From positions 1-55,647 of the forward strand of contig NW_021833691.1 of NCBI RefSeq assembly GCF_006345805.1: a stretch of DNA of 55,647 bases. The letters run 5' to 3'. Origin of the DNA: Octopus sinensis. Taxonomy: Eukaryota. The notes under the pieces are model-generated. The model had not been told where the DNA came from, made no database searches, and saw only the letters and a program-made list of their open reading frames with translations. Both the position numbers and the translations under genes were made by a program. Below are positions 13,152 to 26,500 of the stretch, piece after piece; the stretch's first letter is position 1, and each line of letters opens with the position of its first letter.

Positions 13152-14588
13152 ATGGATTTCGACTTGACGTCGAAGAAGGATTTTCCCGTGATGGGAAAAA
13201 GTGAAAATATGGAAAAACAAGTACCCAAACAGTCATTTTCGGCCGCGGTGGGCGGCGCCATGATGGATGTCGAGTTTAAAATTGAACAATTGTACGAATT
13301 CAGGAACCTGGTAAAAGTGGAAGGAGGCGAGATAAAGCTTGTACCGCCGCAGGCAAAGGTACAAGAGATTAAGGAGAGAATAGTTATTTACAAGGTATAC
13401 AGCTTCAAAGAGAAGAAGATAATGGATGTAAAGAATGAAATGGTAGAAAGGTGCCTGTCCCCGGTGTGGGACAAAATCTGTCATGTCGTTAGAGGTGCAC
13501 GCAGTGCTACAGTCGAGGCACATTTCGACACAGCCGAGGTAGCGAGAGAGGTGTCGTCGTTGACCCTAAAAAACGACGACATCATGCTGCTACCCTCGTA
13601 CATGGGGAAGCGTACAGCGAAGTTACTGGTAGAGGACATACCCAGAGGGTACGACATCATGTGGGTAGCAGCGGCGGTCCTGCACAACATTGAACGAGAG
13701 ATATCGATACTGCAGATGAGAAGGAAAGAGGTGGTACGGTGGAAGGGTCAGACCCTGGAGCTCCTCGTGCAGGCGGAGAACAAAATCCTAGAAAACCTGC
13801 CCGATAGAATCTTCAATGAGGACGGTACGTCAATGAGAGTTTCGGTAGAGGGACGTAGACCCAGATGCTTCAAGTGTGGAGAGAAGGGTCACGTCCGATC
13901 AAATTGTATAAAAAAGAAGAGAACAGAAGAAGCGCCTCCTCCAAGTGTCCCCAACACTGAAGGGGAGGAAAACAGGAAAAGACAACAAAAAGACGAAGAC
14001 AAGTACGGAAACAAAAACGGACCATACAGAACCAATGGACTACACACAAGTCACTCATAAAAGAAAAAAGATAATACCCAGGACTCCCCTCCCCAAACAA
14101 AGAAAAAAACAGCAAACACAGCAGACACACACACCAAGCAAATCCCCCAACCCTACCCCCATGGCACTGTTTTCATCGGAAAACAGTTTGCCAAGCCCCT
14201 CCCCATAAAACAAGACATAAAAAAGTGTTTACAGAAGAACGAGAGGATCATAGCTTTCGACGAGAAAAACGAAAGAGTGTATAAGTGTTGTAAATTTTCA
14301 AGATTTGTATTGTATAGTAGAGCCACAGATGTGAAAGCAACCGCTCGCTTCGCGAAGGTAGGGGAGGACGAGTGGAAGGAGGAGGTTCTTCAGGAACATC
14401 TGAGGAACCGTCTAATAAGAGACGTGACCAAAGAGGTAATGGAGGGCAAACTGATAATAACCCCGGCAACCACACCCACCCAGAGCCCAGTGGCAACGCC
14501 GGTCAAGAGCCCTGCAGCAGCAACTACAAGGGAGGAAGAAGGGGAAGCAGGCAGATTCAAACTGTCATGCTCCCTTTCCCAACCGTGA
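13152..14588 (+). pseudogene. Tx1 ORF1 (RRM-like regions + CCHC knuckle), copy 1, frameshifted
   Basis: MDFDLTSKKDF...RVSVEGRRPRCFKCGEKGHVRSNC...SCSLSQP*, reconstructed over three frames. Confidence 0.85.
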
Positions 14589-14615
14589 GTACATTATTTT
14601 TCTCTCTCACCTACA

Positions 14616-17600
14616 ATGGCTAAGCTGGGTTGTATAAATGTACGTGGAATGGGGTCGAAACGGAAACAAATTTGTTTCCTGAACGACCTCACGACACATG
14701 GTATAGATATAGCTATTGCAACCGAGTCCAAGATGAGCGAGACCCAAGCGTTCTCGCCTCTTCTAAATGGTTTCGAGAAATTTATTTCTCCTAGCCGAGG
14801 AAGAGGCAGAGGCGTGGCAGTCTTCATCAGGAAGAGCTTGGACTTGCAGGTAAGTACTGTCTTTCTGGACCCAGAAGGCAGGCTGGTTGTCCTGGATGTG
14901 ACTCACGTAAGTAAACAGCCCTTTAGGTTGGTAGCTGTCTACGCCCCGAACGAGGGTAAACAGACGGGTTTTTTTCGGAACATGGAGCCCTTTTTAGCGA
15001 CGTCGAAAACAGTAATCCTAGTAGGGGACTTTAACACTGTCCTTGAAGCGCGGATCGACAATGTTGGCTCAACCAATAGGAAGGGGAACCCTAGCCTCAA
15101 GGGTCTACTAGAGAGCTTTGATCTAGTGGACCGTTACCGACTGGATGAGCCGAGCGTTCCACAGTGGACGTGGAGTAACAACGACGGCTCACACAGATCG
15201 TATCTAGATAGGATATTTATAAGAAAAGAGATAAGGATACGTTTAGTTGTCCACAATTTCATATTGTACCTTACTCGGATCACAAATTTGTGACGTGTAG
15301 GATGCAATTAGACAAGTGTCATAGACAGGGACCCGGGTACTGGAAGCTGAACAAGGCTATTTTGAATTGTGAAGACTTCCGTACCCGGATTAAGGTGTTA
15401 GTTCAGAGGGCATTGTGTGGCACCATCATTAACAATAGATGGTGGCACGCCCTCAAAAGAGCCATTCGTTCAGAGTCCGTTAGATTTAGCAATCAGCTAA
15501 GGATAGATAGGGCTAGTCTAGAGGGCGATTTAGTTAAGAATCTAGACGAGGCAATGGAAGCTGGCTCTGCATCCGGAGTGTTGGCGGCAAGGACGGTATT
15601 ATACCGTCACCTTAACTCCAAACACGAAGGTTGCAGAGTCAGAGCTAAGCTACGCGCTGGGAAACGAGAAGGTATTAACGTGGACGGATGGGCCCGTCGT
15701 GTGGAGAGTCAGAGAGGCAACAGAGTCTCAATCAAATCTTTGACTGACGAACAGGGACAAAAGATCTATGGACAGGAGGAGATGCAAAAGTTTCTTCACC
15801 AGCATTTCGCCCGCGTGTTCGGGGGTGGTGGTTCGCTGGATCGGGGGAGGGCCTTAAAGGACTTCCTAGCCGGCGGACCGCGGCTCGCGGGGCGTGAGGT
15901 GGAGTGCTGTGAAGGAGCGATCACTCCCGCGGAGATAAAGGAGATACTGGCCGGATGCGCCGGGTAGAAGTTGCCGGGGTTGGATGGTCTGCCCTACGAG
16001 TTTTACCAAAGTATGCCGGACTTGTTCGGGGGAATACTGGTGGGCGTCTACACGAACTGGCAGCAGAATGGGAGAATTCCCAGTTCTGTAAGCCGGGGAG
16101 TGGTGACGCTAATCCAGAAAGACCCGAGCAAGGGGATAACATCAGTAACTACAGGCCCATAACTCTACTTAATGTAGAGTTAAAGATTTTGGCCAAGGTG
16201 TTGGCAAAAAGGTTGACGGTTGTCGTGGAGAAACTTGTAGGGAGAGCACAGACATGTGCAATTCCAGGCAGGTCGATCCAGGACAACCTTCACCTTATAC
16301 GCTACACCTTAGATAGGGTGGGTAAATTAGCCGGCAAAGGCGGGGTAATGGTCCATTTAGACCAAAGTAAAGCCTTCGATAGGGTAGACCATGGGTACCT
16401 GGCGACGGTCCTCGAAGCGGCTGGGCTGGGCCCTGAATTTCGCGGGTGGATCTCCGCTATGTATAGCGGCATCAAGTCCACCGTCCAGATAAACGGTTAC
16501 CTAACGGAACCGTTTTCGATCGAGTGTTCAGTGCGTCAGGGGTGCCCCTTGTCACCACTTTTGTACGTATTGGCTCTTGAGTCATTGCTGCGAAAGTTGG
16601 AGAGGCTGGGGAGTAACTCGGATGAAATCGGAGGTGGGAGGACGGTTACTGCTTATGCGGATGACGTCACCCTCATCGTGTCCAAAGAGGCCCAACTACC
16701 TTGTGTAGAGGAGGCTATCAGAGGATACGAGGCGGTGGCAGGAGCAAAGGTTAACAAGGACAAATCGGTTGGCTTGCGCCTCGGCACCTGGAGGAGCAAG
16801 TCGATATCGTCCAGTGTCGTGGGACACTGGACGGATGGCCCTGTTAAGTTGCTGGGAGTTTTTTTGGGCCAGACTCCCAAACGGAGAAAAACTGGAGTGA
16901 GGTGACAGGCAAGGTGGAAGCCATAGTACGGACCTGGTCCGGAAGGTTTCTGTCCTTGAAAGGAAAGGCGGAGGTGGTGCAGATGTTCATTGCATCTGTA
17001 ATCACCTACCGCCTGACCGTTGTCCCTTGCTCCGATTCATGGCTTAACAAGTTGGAGCGAATCCTTTTCCGCTTTTTGTGGAAAGGAGGAAGGCCACTTG
17101 TGAGGCGCTCCGTTTGCTGCCAGGAACCGTTAAAGGGTGGGTTAGGAATGCCTTGGTTGATGATGCGCAGACATGCGTTGAGGCTAAGGCATCTCTGGCA
17201 CCACCTGGAAGGTGATAAGGTGTGGAGTCCGCTGGCAGGGGGATTTTTCCCGAGACCGGCCTCCTTAGTGAATTTTAAACCCGGTTACATCAAAAGATGG
17301 AAACTGACTCCATGGCAAAAGGAGTGCCGACAGGCACTCACGCTGATCCACAAGGCGGGCAAGGCCGGCTGCGGAAATACCACCTCGGTATTTTATAGAG
17401 GGCTGGTAGAGGCAAAAAACGACGACGTCCTAGGAGGGGCTCTGGGGTTTGATGAAGACCAGCTTGCCAACCTGTTTAAAAAAACTTTCAGGTCGGGGTA
17501 TTTGGATAATTTCCAAAGATCCCTGGCCTGGCAGTGTTATAGGAATGCTTTACCTGTTCGCGAGAAGTTATCACGGCACGGAGTTTCAGTGCCACCGACG

Positions 17601-18002
17601 TGTCCAAGGTGCGAGTTGGACGATGAAACCGTCCAGCACGCTTTTGTTCACTGTCGGAAGTTGTCCGACTTGATAAGTTACGCAGAACACGTGTTATCGC
17701 ATCTGGGACGAGTACAGCTGTCGGCTGAGTCTATGATTAAGATGATACCGCCAACTGGACTCTCGAAGGAAGGTGAGGCATGTTTTCACTGCACGGTTGC
17801 AGTAGTAAAGGAATGCATGTGGAGAACGAGAATGGAAGGAGCCGCGATAGGATCCTTTGTCTCCGGCCCCAGCTTGCTCACTTACTTCAGATATCATCTG
17901 AAGAGCAAAATGGGGCTGGAAAAGAGGATCTTACCGCGGCGTGTGTATGAGAAAAGATGGAAGGAAGTGGAAAAAAAGGTGGGTGTCAGAAACCCAGCTT
18001 GA
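14616..18002 (+). pseudogene. Tx1 ORF2 (APE endonuclease, RT, C-terminal zinc finger), copy 1, disrupted
   Basis: CINVRG, VYAPN, LVGDFN, SYLDRIF, GPGYWKLN, YRPITLLN, LDQSKAFDRV, RQGCPLSP, AYADDV, KGGLG, CPRC..ETVQHAFVHC. Indels plus a TAG at ~15964. Confidence 0.92.
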
Positions 18003-18273
18003 CCATGGAGGAGAGAGAGGAAGTGGAAGCTGCAGGGCCTCATAAATTGCCGGGGTGTAGAGGCCCCAGTGAGATCATAAGTTATGTACTGTGGTTGGTT
18101 CTACTAAGTCATGTAAAGGACATTTATTTTTATTTTTATAAATGAACAATCCAAATGTAAATGAAAATTTTTAAAACGAATCTCTTAACTGTTTTTTTGC
18201 ATGTATGTCCTGTATTTGTCCTTCTATGTGTGATTATATAATCATAATAAAGAAATAACTTATTATCGCTTTC

Positions 18274-21200
18274 TTTTTTCATCTGCGTTGTGAGAAATTT
18301 GCTGCCTTCATTTAAGAGAGTTCGGATTTGTGCTATTATTGTTTGTGCTAACTGTTTTGAACAGTGCCCGTTGTATAACGGTAATTTTCGCCCTACGGGG
18401 CAGAAAATTTTGTATTACCTGCGTTTTTATTACCTTCGAGGTGATGGATTTCGACTTGACGTCGAAGAAGGATTTTCCCGTGATGGGAAAAAGTGAAAAT
18501 ATGGAAAAGGAAGTACCCAAACAGTCATTCTCGGCCGCGGTGGGCGGCGCCATGATGGATGTCGAGTTTAAAATTGAACAATTGTACGAATTCAGGAACC
18601 TGGTAAAAGTGGAAGGAGGCGAGATAAGGCTTGTACCGCCGCAGGCAAAAGTACAAGAGATTAAAGAGACAATAGTTATTTACAAGGTATACAGTTTCAA
18701 AGAGAAGAAGATAATGGATGTAAAGAATGAAATGGTAGAAAAGTGCCTGTCCCCGGTGTGGGACAAAATTCGTCATATCGTTAGAGGTGCACGCAGTGCT
18801 ACAGTCGAGGCACATTTCGACACACAGCGAGGTAGCGAGAGAGGTGTCGTCGTTGACCCTAAAAAACGACGACATCATGCTGCTACCCTCGTACATGGGG
18901 AAGCGTACAGCGAAGTTACTGGTAGAAGACATACCCAGAGGGTACGACATCATGTGGGTAGCAGCGGCGGTCCTGCACAACATTGAACGAGAGATATCGA
19001 TACTGCAGATGAGAAGGAAAGAGGTGGTACGGTGGAAGGGTCAGACCCTGGAGCTCCTCGTGCAGGCGGAGAACAAAATCCTAGAAAACCTGCCCGATAG
19101 AATCTTCAATGAGGACGGTACGTCAATGAGAGTTTCGGTAGAGGGACGTAGACCCAGATGCTTCAAGTGTGGAGAGAAGGGTCACGTCCGATCAAATTGT
19201 ATAAAAAAGAAGAGAACAGAAGAAGCGCCTCCTCAAAGTGTCCCCAACACTGAAGGGGAGAAAACAGGAAAAGACAACAAAAAGACGAAGACAAGTACGG
19301 AAACAAAAACGGACCATACAGAACCAATGGACTACACACAAGTCACTCATAAAAGAAAAAAAGATAATACCCAGGACTCCCCTCCCCAAACAAAGAAAAA
19401 AACAGCAAACACAGCAGACACACACACCAAGCAAATCCCCCAACCCTACCCCCATGGCACTGTTTTCATCGGAAAACAGTTTGCCAAGGCCCTCCCCATA
19501 AAACAAGACATAAAAAAGTATTTACAGAAGAACGAGAGGATCATAGCTTTCGACGAGAAAAACGAAAGAGTGTATAAGTGTTGTAAATTTTCAAGATTTG
19601 TATTGTATAGTAGAGCCACAGATGTGAAAGCAACCGCTCGCTTCGCGAAGGTAGGGGAGGACGAGTGGAAGGAGGAGGTTCTTCAGGAACATCTGAGGAA
19701 CCGTCTAATAAGAGACGTGACCAAAGAGGTAATGGAGGGCAAACTGATAATAACCCCGGCAACCACACCCACCCAGAGCCCAGTGGCAACGCCGGTCAAG
19801 AGCCCTGCAGCAGCGGAAGAAGGGGAAGCAGGCAGATTTAAACTGTCATGCTCCCTTTCCCAACCGTGAGTACATTTATTTTTCTCTCTAACCTACAATG
19901 GCTAAGCTGGGTTGTATAAATGTACGTGGAATGGGGTCGAAACGTAAACAAATTTGTTTCCTGAACGACCTCACGACACATGGTGTAGATATAGCTATTG
20001 CAACCGAGTCCAAGATGAGCGAGACCCAAGCGTTCTCGCCTCTTCTAAATGGTTTCGAGAAATTTATTTCTCCTAGCCGAGGAAGAGGCAGAGGCGTGGC
20101 AGTCTTTATCAGGAAGAGCTTGGACTTGCAGGTAAGTACTGTCTTTCTGGACCCAGAAGGCAGGCTGGTTGTCCTGGATGTGACTCACGTAAGTAAACAG
20201 TCCTTCAGGTTGGTAGCTGTCTACGCCCCGAACGAGGGTAGACAGACGGGTTTTTTTCGGAACCTGGAGCCCTTTTTAGCGACGTCGAAAACAGTAATCC
20301 TAGTAGGGGACTTTAACACTGTCCTTGAAGCGCGGATCGACAATGTTGGCTCAACCAATAGGAAGGGGAACCCTAGCCTCAAGGGTCTACTAGAGAGCTT
20401 TGATCTAGTGGACCGTTACCGACTGGATGAGCCGAGCGTTCCACAGTGGACGTGGAGTAACAACGACGGCTCACACAGATCGTATCTAGATAGGATATTT
20501 ATTAAGAAAAGAGATAAGGATACGTTTAGTTGTCCACAATTTCATATTGTACCTTACTCGGATCACAAATTTGTGACGTGTAGGATGCAATTAGACAAGT
20601 GTCATAGACAGGGACCGGGTACTGGAAGCTGAACAAGGCTATTTTGAATTGTGAAGACTTCCGTACCCGGATTAAGGTGTTAGTTCAGAGGGCATTGTGT
20701 GGCACCATCATTAACAATAGATGGTGGCACGCCCTCAAAAGAGCCATTCGTTCAGAGTCCGTTAGATTTAGCAATCAGCTAAGGATAGATAGGGCTAGTC
20801 TAGAGGGCGATTTAGTTAAGAATCTAGACGAGGCAATGGAAGCTGGCTCTGCATCCGGAGTGTTGGCGGCAAGGACGGTATTGTACCGTCACCTTAACTC
20901 CAAACACGAAGGTTGCAGAGTCAGAGCTAAGCTACGCGCTGGGAAACGAGAAGGTATTAACGTGGCCGGATGGGCCCGTCGTGTGGAGAGTCAGAGAGGC
21001 AACAGAGCCTCAATCAAATCTTTGACTGACGAACAGGGACAAAAGATCTATGGACAGGAGGAGATGCAAAAGTTTCTTCACCAGCATTTCGCCCGCGTGT
21101 TCGGGGGTGGTGGTTCGCTGGATCGGGGGAGAGCCTTAAAGGACTTCCTAGCCGGCGGACCGCGGCTCGCGGGGCGTGAGGTGGAGTGCTGTGAAGGAGC

Positions 21201-23564
21201 GATCACTCCCGCGGAGATAAAGGAGATACTGGCCGGATGCGCCGGGGAGAAGTCGCCGGGGTTGGATGGTCTGCCCTACGAGTTTTACCAAAGTATGCCG
21301 GACTTGTTCGGGGGAATACTGGCGGGCGTCTACACGAACTGGCAGCAGAATGGGAGAATTCCCAGTTCTGTAAGCCGGGGAGTGGTGACGCTAATCCAGA
21401 AAGACCCGAGCAAGGGGGATAACATTAGTAACTACAGGCCCATAACTCTACTTAATGTAGAGTTAAAGATTTTGGCCAAGGTGTTGGCAAAAAGGTTGAC
21501 GGTTGTCGTGGAGAAACTTGTAGGGAGAGCACAGACATGTGCAATTCCAGGCAGGTCGATCCAGGACAACCTTCACCTTATACGCTACACCTTAGATAGG
21601 GTGGGTAAATTAGCCGGCAAAGGCGGGGTAATGGTCCATTTAGACCAAAGTAAAGCCTTCGATAGGGTAGACCATGGGTACCTGGCGACGGTCCTCGAAG
21701 CGGCTGGGCTGGGCCCTGAATTTCGCGGGGGATCTCCGCTATGTATAGCGGCATCAAGTCCACCGTCCAGATAAACGGTTACCTAACGGAACCGTTTTCG
21801 ATCGAGTGTTCAGTGCGTCAGGGGTGCCCCTTGTCACCACTTTTGTACGTATTGGCTCTTGAGCCATTGCTGCGAAAGTTGGAGAGGCTGGGGAGTAACT
21901 CGGATGAAATCGGAGGTGGGAGGACGGTTACTGCTTATGCGGATGACGTCACCCTCATCGTGTCCAAAGAGGCCCAACTACCTTGTGTAGAGGAGGCTAT
22001 CAGAGGATACGAGGCGGTGGCAGGAGCAAAGGTTAACAAGGACAAATCGGTTGGCTTGCGCCTCGGCACCTGGAGGAGCAAGTCGATATCGTCCAGTGTC
22101 GTGGGACTGGACGGATGGCCCTGTTAAGTTGCTGGGAGTTTGGTTTGGGCCAGACTCCCAAACGGAGAAGAACTGGAGTGAGGTGACAAGCAAGGTGGAA
22201 GCCATAGTACGGACCTGGTCCGGAAGGTTTCTGTCCTTGAAAGGAAAGGCGGAGGTGGTGCAGATGTTCATTGCATCTGTAATCACCTACCGCCTGACCG
22301 TTGTCCCTTGCCCCGATTCATGGCTTAACAAGTTGGAGCGAATCCTTTTCCGCTTTTTGTGGAAGGAGGAAAGCCACTTGTGAGGCGCTCCGTTTGCTGC
22401 CAGGAACCGTTAAAGGGTGGGTTAGGAATGCCTTGGTTGATGATGCGCAGACATGCGTTGAGGCTAAGGCATCTCTGGCACCACCTGGAAGGTGATAAGG
22501 TGTGGAGTCCGCTGGCAGGGGGATTTTTCCCGAGACCGGCCTCCTTAGTGAATTTTAAACCCGGTTACATCAAAAGATGGAAACTGACTCCATGGCAAAA
22601 GGAGTGCCGACAGGCACTCACGCTGATCCACAAGGCGGGCAAGGCCGGCTGCGGAAATACCACCTCGGTATTTTATAGAGGGCTGGTAGAGGCAAAAAAC
22701 GACGACGTCCTAGGAGGGGCTCTGGGGTTTGATGAAGACCAGCTTGCCAACCTGTTTAAAAAAACTTTCAGGTCGGGGTATTTGGATAATTTCCAAAGAT
22801 CCCTGGCCTGGCAGCAGTGCTAGGAATGCTTTACCTGTTCGCGAGAAGTTATCGCGGCACGGAGTTTCAGTGCCACCGACGTGTCCAAGGTGCGAGTTGG
22901 ACGATGAAACCGTCCAGCACGCTTTTGTTCACTGTCGGAAGTTGTCCGACTTGATAAGTTACGCAGAACACGTGTTATCGCATCTGGGACGAGTACAGCT
23001 GTCGGCTGAGTCTATGATTAAGATGATACCGCCAACTGGACTCTCGAAGGAAGGTGAGGCATGTTTTCACTGCACGGTTGCAGTAGTAAAGGAATGCATG
23101 TGGAGAACGAGAATGGAAGGAGCCGCGATAGGATCCTTTGTCTCCGGCCCCAGCTTGCTCACTTACTTCAGATATCATCTGAAGAGCAAAATGGGGCTGG
23201 AAAAGAGGATCTTACCACGGCGTGTGTATGAGAAAAGATGGAAGGAAGTGGAAAAAAAGGTGGGTGTCAGAAACCCAGCTTGACCATGGAGGAGAGAGAG
23301 GAAGTGGAAGCTGCAGGGCCTCATAAATTGCCGGGGTGTAGAGGCTCCAGTGAGATCATAAGTTATGTACTGCTGTTTGTTATACTAGGTCATGTAAAGG
23401 ACATTTATTTTCTATGTTTTATTTTTATAATGAATAATCCAAATGTAAATGAAAATTTTTAAAACGAATCTCTTAACTGTTTTTTGTTTGCATGTATGTC
23501 CTGTATTGGTCCTTCTATGTGTGATTTTATAATCATAATAAAGAAATAACTTATTATTGCTTTC
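18274..23564 (+). mobile_element. Tx1-like element copy 2 (ORF1 18444-19869; ORF2 19898-23283)
   Basis: Same motifs as copy 1; frames broken by small indels. Confidence 0.92.
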
Positions 23565-26500
23565 CTCTTCTCGAGTTACTTTTCATCTGCGTGCTGAGGA
23601 ATAAGCTGCCTTCATTTAAGAGAGTTCGGATTTGTGCTATTATTGTTTGTGCTAACTGTTTTGAACAGTGCCCGTTGTATAACGGTAATTTTCGCCCTAC
23701 GGGGCAGAAAATTTTGTATTACCTGCGTTTTTATTACCTTCGAGGTAATGGATTTCGACTTGACGTCGAAGAAGGATTTTCCCGTGATGGGAAAAAGTGA
23801 AAATATGGAAAAACAAGTACCCAAACAGTCATTTTCGGCCGCGGTGGGCGGCGCCATGATGGATGTCGAGTTTAAAATTGAACAATTGTACGAATTCAGG
23901 AACCTGGTAAAAGTGGAAGGAGGCGAGATAAAGCTTGTACCGCCGCAGGCAAAGGTACAAGAGATTAAGGAGAGAATAGTTATTTACAAGGTATACCTTC
24001 AAAGAGAAGAAGATAATGGATGTAAAGAATGAAATGGTAGAAAAGTGCCTGTCCCCGGTGTGGGACAAAATTCGTCATGTCGTTAGAGGTGCACGCAGTG
24101 CTACAGTCGAGGCACATTTCGACACAGCCGAGGTAGCGAGAGAGGTGTCGTCGTTGACCCTAAAAAACGACGACATCATGCTGCTACCCTCGTACATGGG
24201 GAAGCGTACAGCGAAGTTGCTGGTAGAGGACATACCCAGAGGGTACGACATCATGTGGGTAGCAGCGGCGGTCCTGCACAATATTGAACGAGAGATATCG
24301 ATACTGCAGATGAGAAGGAAAGAGGTGTACGGTGGAAGGGTCAGACCCTGGAACTCCTCGTGCAGGCGGAGAACAAAATCCTAGAAAACCTGCCCGATAG
24401 AATCTTCAATGAGGACGGTACGTCAATGAGAGTTTCGGTAGAGGGACGTAGACCCAGATGCTTCAAGTGTGGAGAGAAGGGTCACGTCCGATCAAATTGT
24501 ATAAAAAAGAAGAGAACAGAAGAAGCGCCTCCTCAAAGTGTCCCCAACACTGAAGGGGAGAAAACAGGAAAAGACAACAAAAAGACGAAGACAAGTACGG
24601 AAACAAAAACGGACCATACAGAACCAATGGACTACACACAAGTCACTCATAAAAAAAAAAAAGATATACCCAGGACTCCCCTCCCCAAACAAAAAAAAAA
24701 ACAGCAAACACAGCAGACACACACACCAAGCAAATCCCCCAACCCTACCCCCATGGCACTGTTTTCATTGGAAAACAGTTTGCCAAGCCCCTCCCCATAA
24801 AACAAGACATAAAAAAGTGTTTACAGAAGAACGAGAGGATCATAGCTTTCGACGAGAAAAACGAAAGAGTGTATAAGTGTTGTAAATTTTCAAGATTTGT
24901 ATTGTATAGTAGAGCCACAGATGTGAAAGCAACCGCTCGCTTCGCGAAGGTAGGGGAGGACGAGTGGAAGGAGGAGGTTCTTCAGGAACATCTGAGGAAC
25001 CGTCTAAAAGAGACGTGACCAAAGAGGTAATGGAGGGCAAACTGATAATAACCCCGGCAACCACACCCACCCAGAGCCCGGTGGCAACGCCGGTCAAGAG
25101 CCCTGCAGCAGCGGAAGAAGGGGAAGCAGGCAGATTTAAACTGTCATGCTCCCTTTCCCAACCGTGAGTACATTTATTTTTCTCTCAACCTACAATGGCT
25201 AAGCTGGGTTGTATAAATGTACGTGGAATGGGGTCGAAACGGAAACAAATTGTTTCCTGAACGACCTCACGACACATGTGTAGATATAGCTATTGCAACC
25301 GAGTCCAAGATGAGCGAGACCCAAGCGTTCTCGCCTCTTCTAAATGGTTTCGAGAAATTTATTTCTCCTAGCCGAGGAAGAGGCAGAGGCGTGGCAGTCT
25401 TATCAGGAAGAGCTTGGACTTGCAGGTAAGTACTGTCTTTCTGGACCCAGAAGGCAGGCTGGTTGTCCTGGATGTGACTCACGTAAGTAAACAGTCCTTC
25501 AGGTTGGTAGCTGTCTACGCCCCGAACGAGGGTAGACAGACGGGTTTTTTTCGGAACCTGGAGCCCTTTTTAGCGACGTCGAAAACAGTAATCCTAGTAG
25601 GGGACTTTAACACTGTCCTTGAAGCGCGGATCGACAATGTTGGCTCAACCAATAGGAAGGGGAACCCTAGCCTCAAGGGTCTACTAGAGAGCTTTGATCT
25701 AGTGGACCGTTACCGACTGGATGAGCCGAGCGTTCCACAGTGGACGTGGAGTAACAACGACGGCTCACACAGATCGTATCTAGATAGGATATTTATTAAG
25801 AAAAGAGATAAGGATACGTTTAGTTGTCCACAATTTCATATTGTACCTTACTCGGATCACAAATTTGTGACGTGTAGGATGCAATTAGACAAGTGTCATA
25901 GACAGGGACCCGGGTACTGGAAGCTGAACAAGGCTATTTTGAATTGTGAAGACTTCCGTACCCGGATTAAGGTGTTAGTTCAGAGGGCATTGTGTGGCAC
26001 CATCATTAACAATAGATGGTGGCACGCCCTCAAAAGAGCCATTCGTTCAGAGTCCGTTAGATTTAGCAATCAGCTAAGGATAGATAGGGCTAGTCTAGAG
26101 GGCGATTTAGTTAAGAATCTAGACGAGGCAATGGAAGCTGGCTCTGCATCCGGAGTGTTGGCGGCAAGGACGGTATTGTACCGTCACCTTAACTCCAAAC
26201 ACGAAGGTTGCAGAGTCAGAGCTAAGCTACGCGCTGGGAAACGAGAAGGTATTAACGTGGCCGGATGGGCCCGTCGTGTGGAGAGTCAGAGAGGCAACAG
26301 AGCCTCAATCAAATCTTTGACTGACGAACAGGGACAAAAGATCTATGGACAGGAGGAGATGCAAAAGTTTCTTCACCAGCATTCGTCGCGTGTTCGGGGG
26401 TGGTGGTTCGCTGGATCGGGGGAGAGCCTTAAAGGACTTCCTAGCCGGCGGACCGCGGCTCGCGGGGCGTGAGGTGGAGTGCTGTGAAGGAGCGATCACT

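Larger units (their letters stand above)
13025..18273 (+). mobile_element. Tx1-like element copy 1 (lacks ~45 nt at the 5' end)
   Basis: ORF1 with CCHC knuckle, ORF2 EN-RT-zinc finger, 3'UTR with AATAAA. Confidence 0.92.

Noticed and set aside
14585-14624. Mini-intron-like ORF1/ORF2 spacer (GTGAGT, pyrimidine tract, AG), with GTRAGT in all six copies
   Set aside because: Only ~40 nt. Splicing to the first AG would not fuse ORF1 to ORF2 in frame, and the conservation is largely explained by the ORF1 stop codon.
18274-18316. Junction sequence as an snRNA, tRNA or spliced-leader fragment (known Tx1 targets)
   Set aside because: No recognisable similarity to U1/U2/U6, tRNA boxes or an Sm site by eye. 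It is better explained as the element's own 5' end. An Rfam search would settle it.
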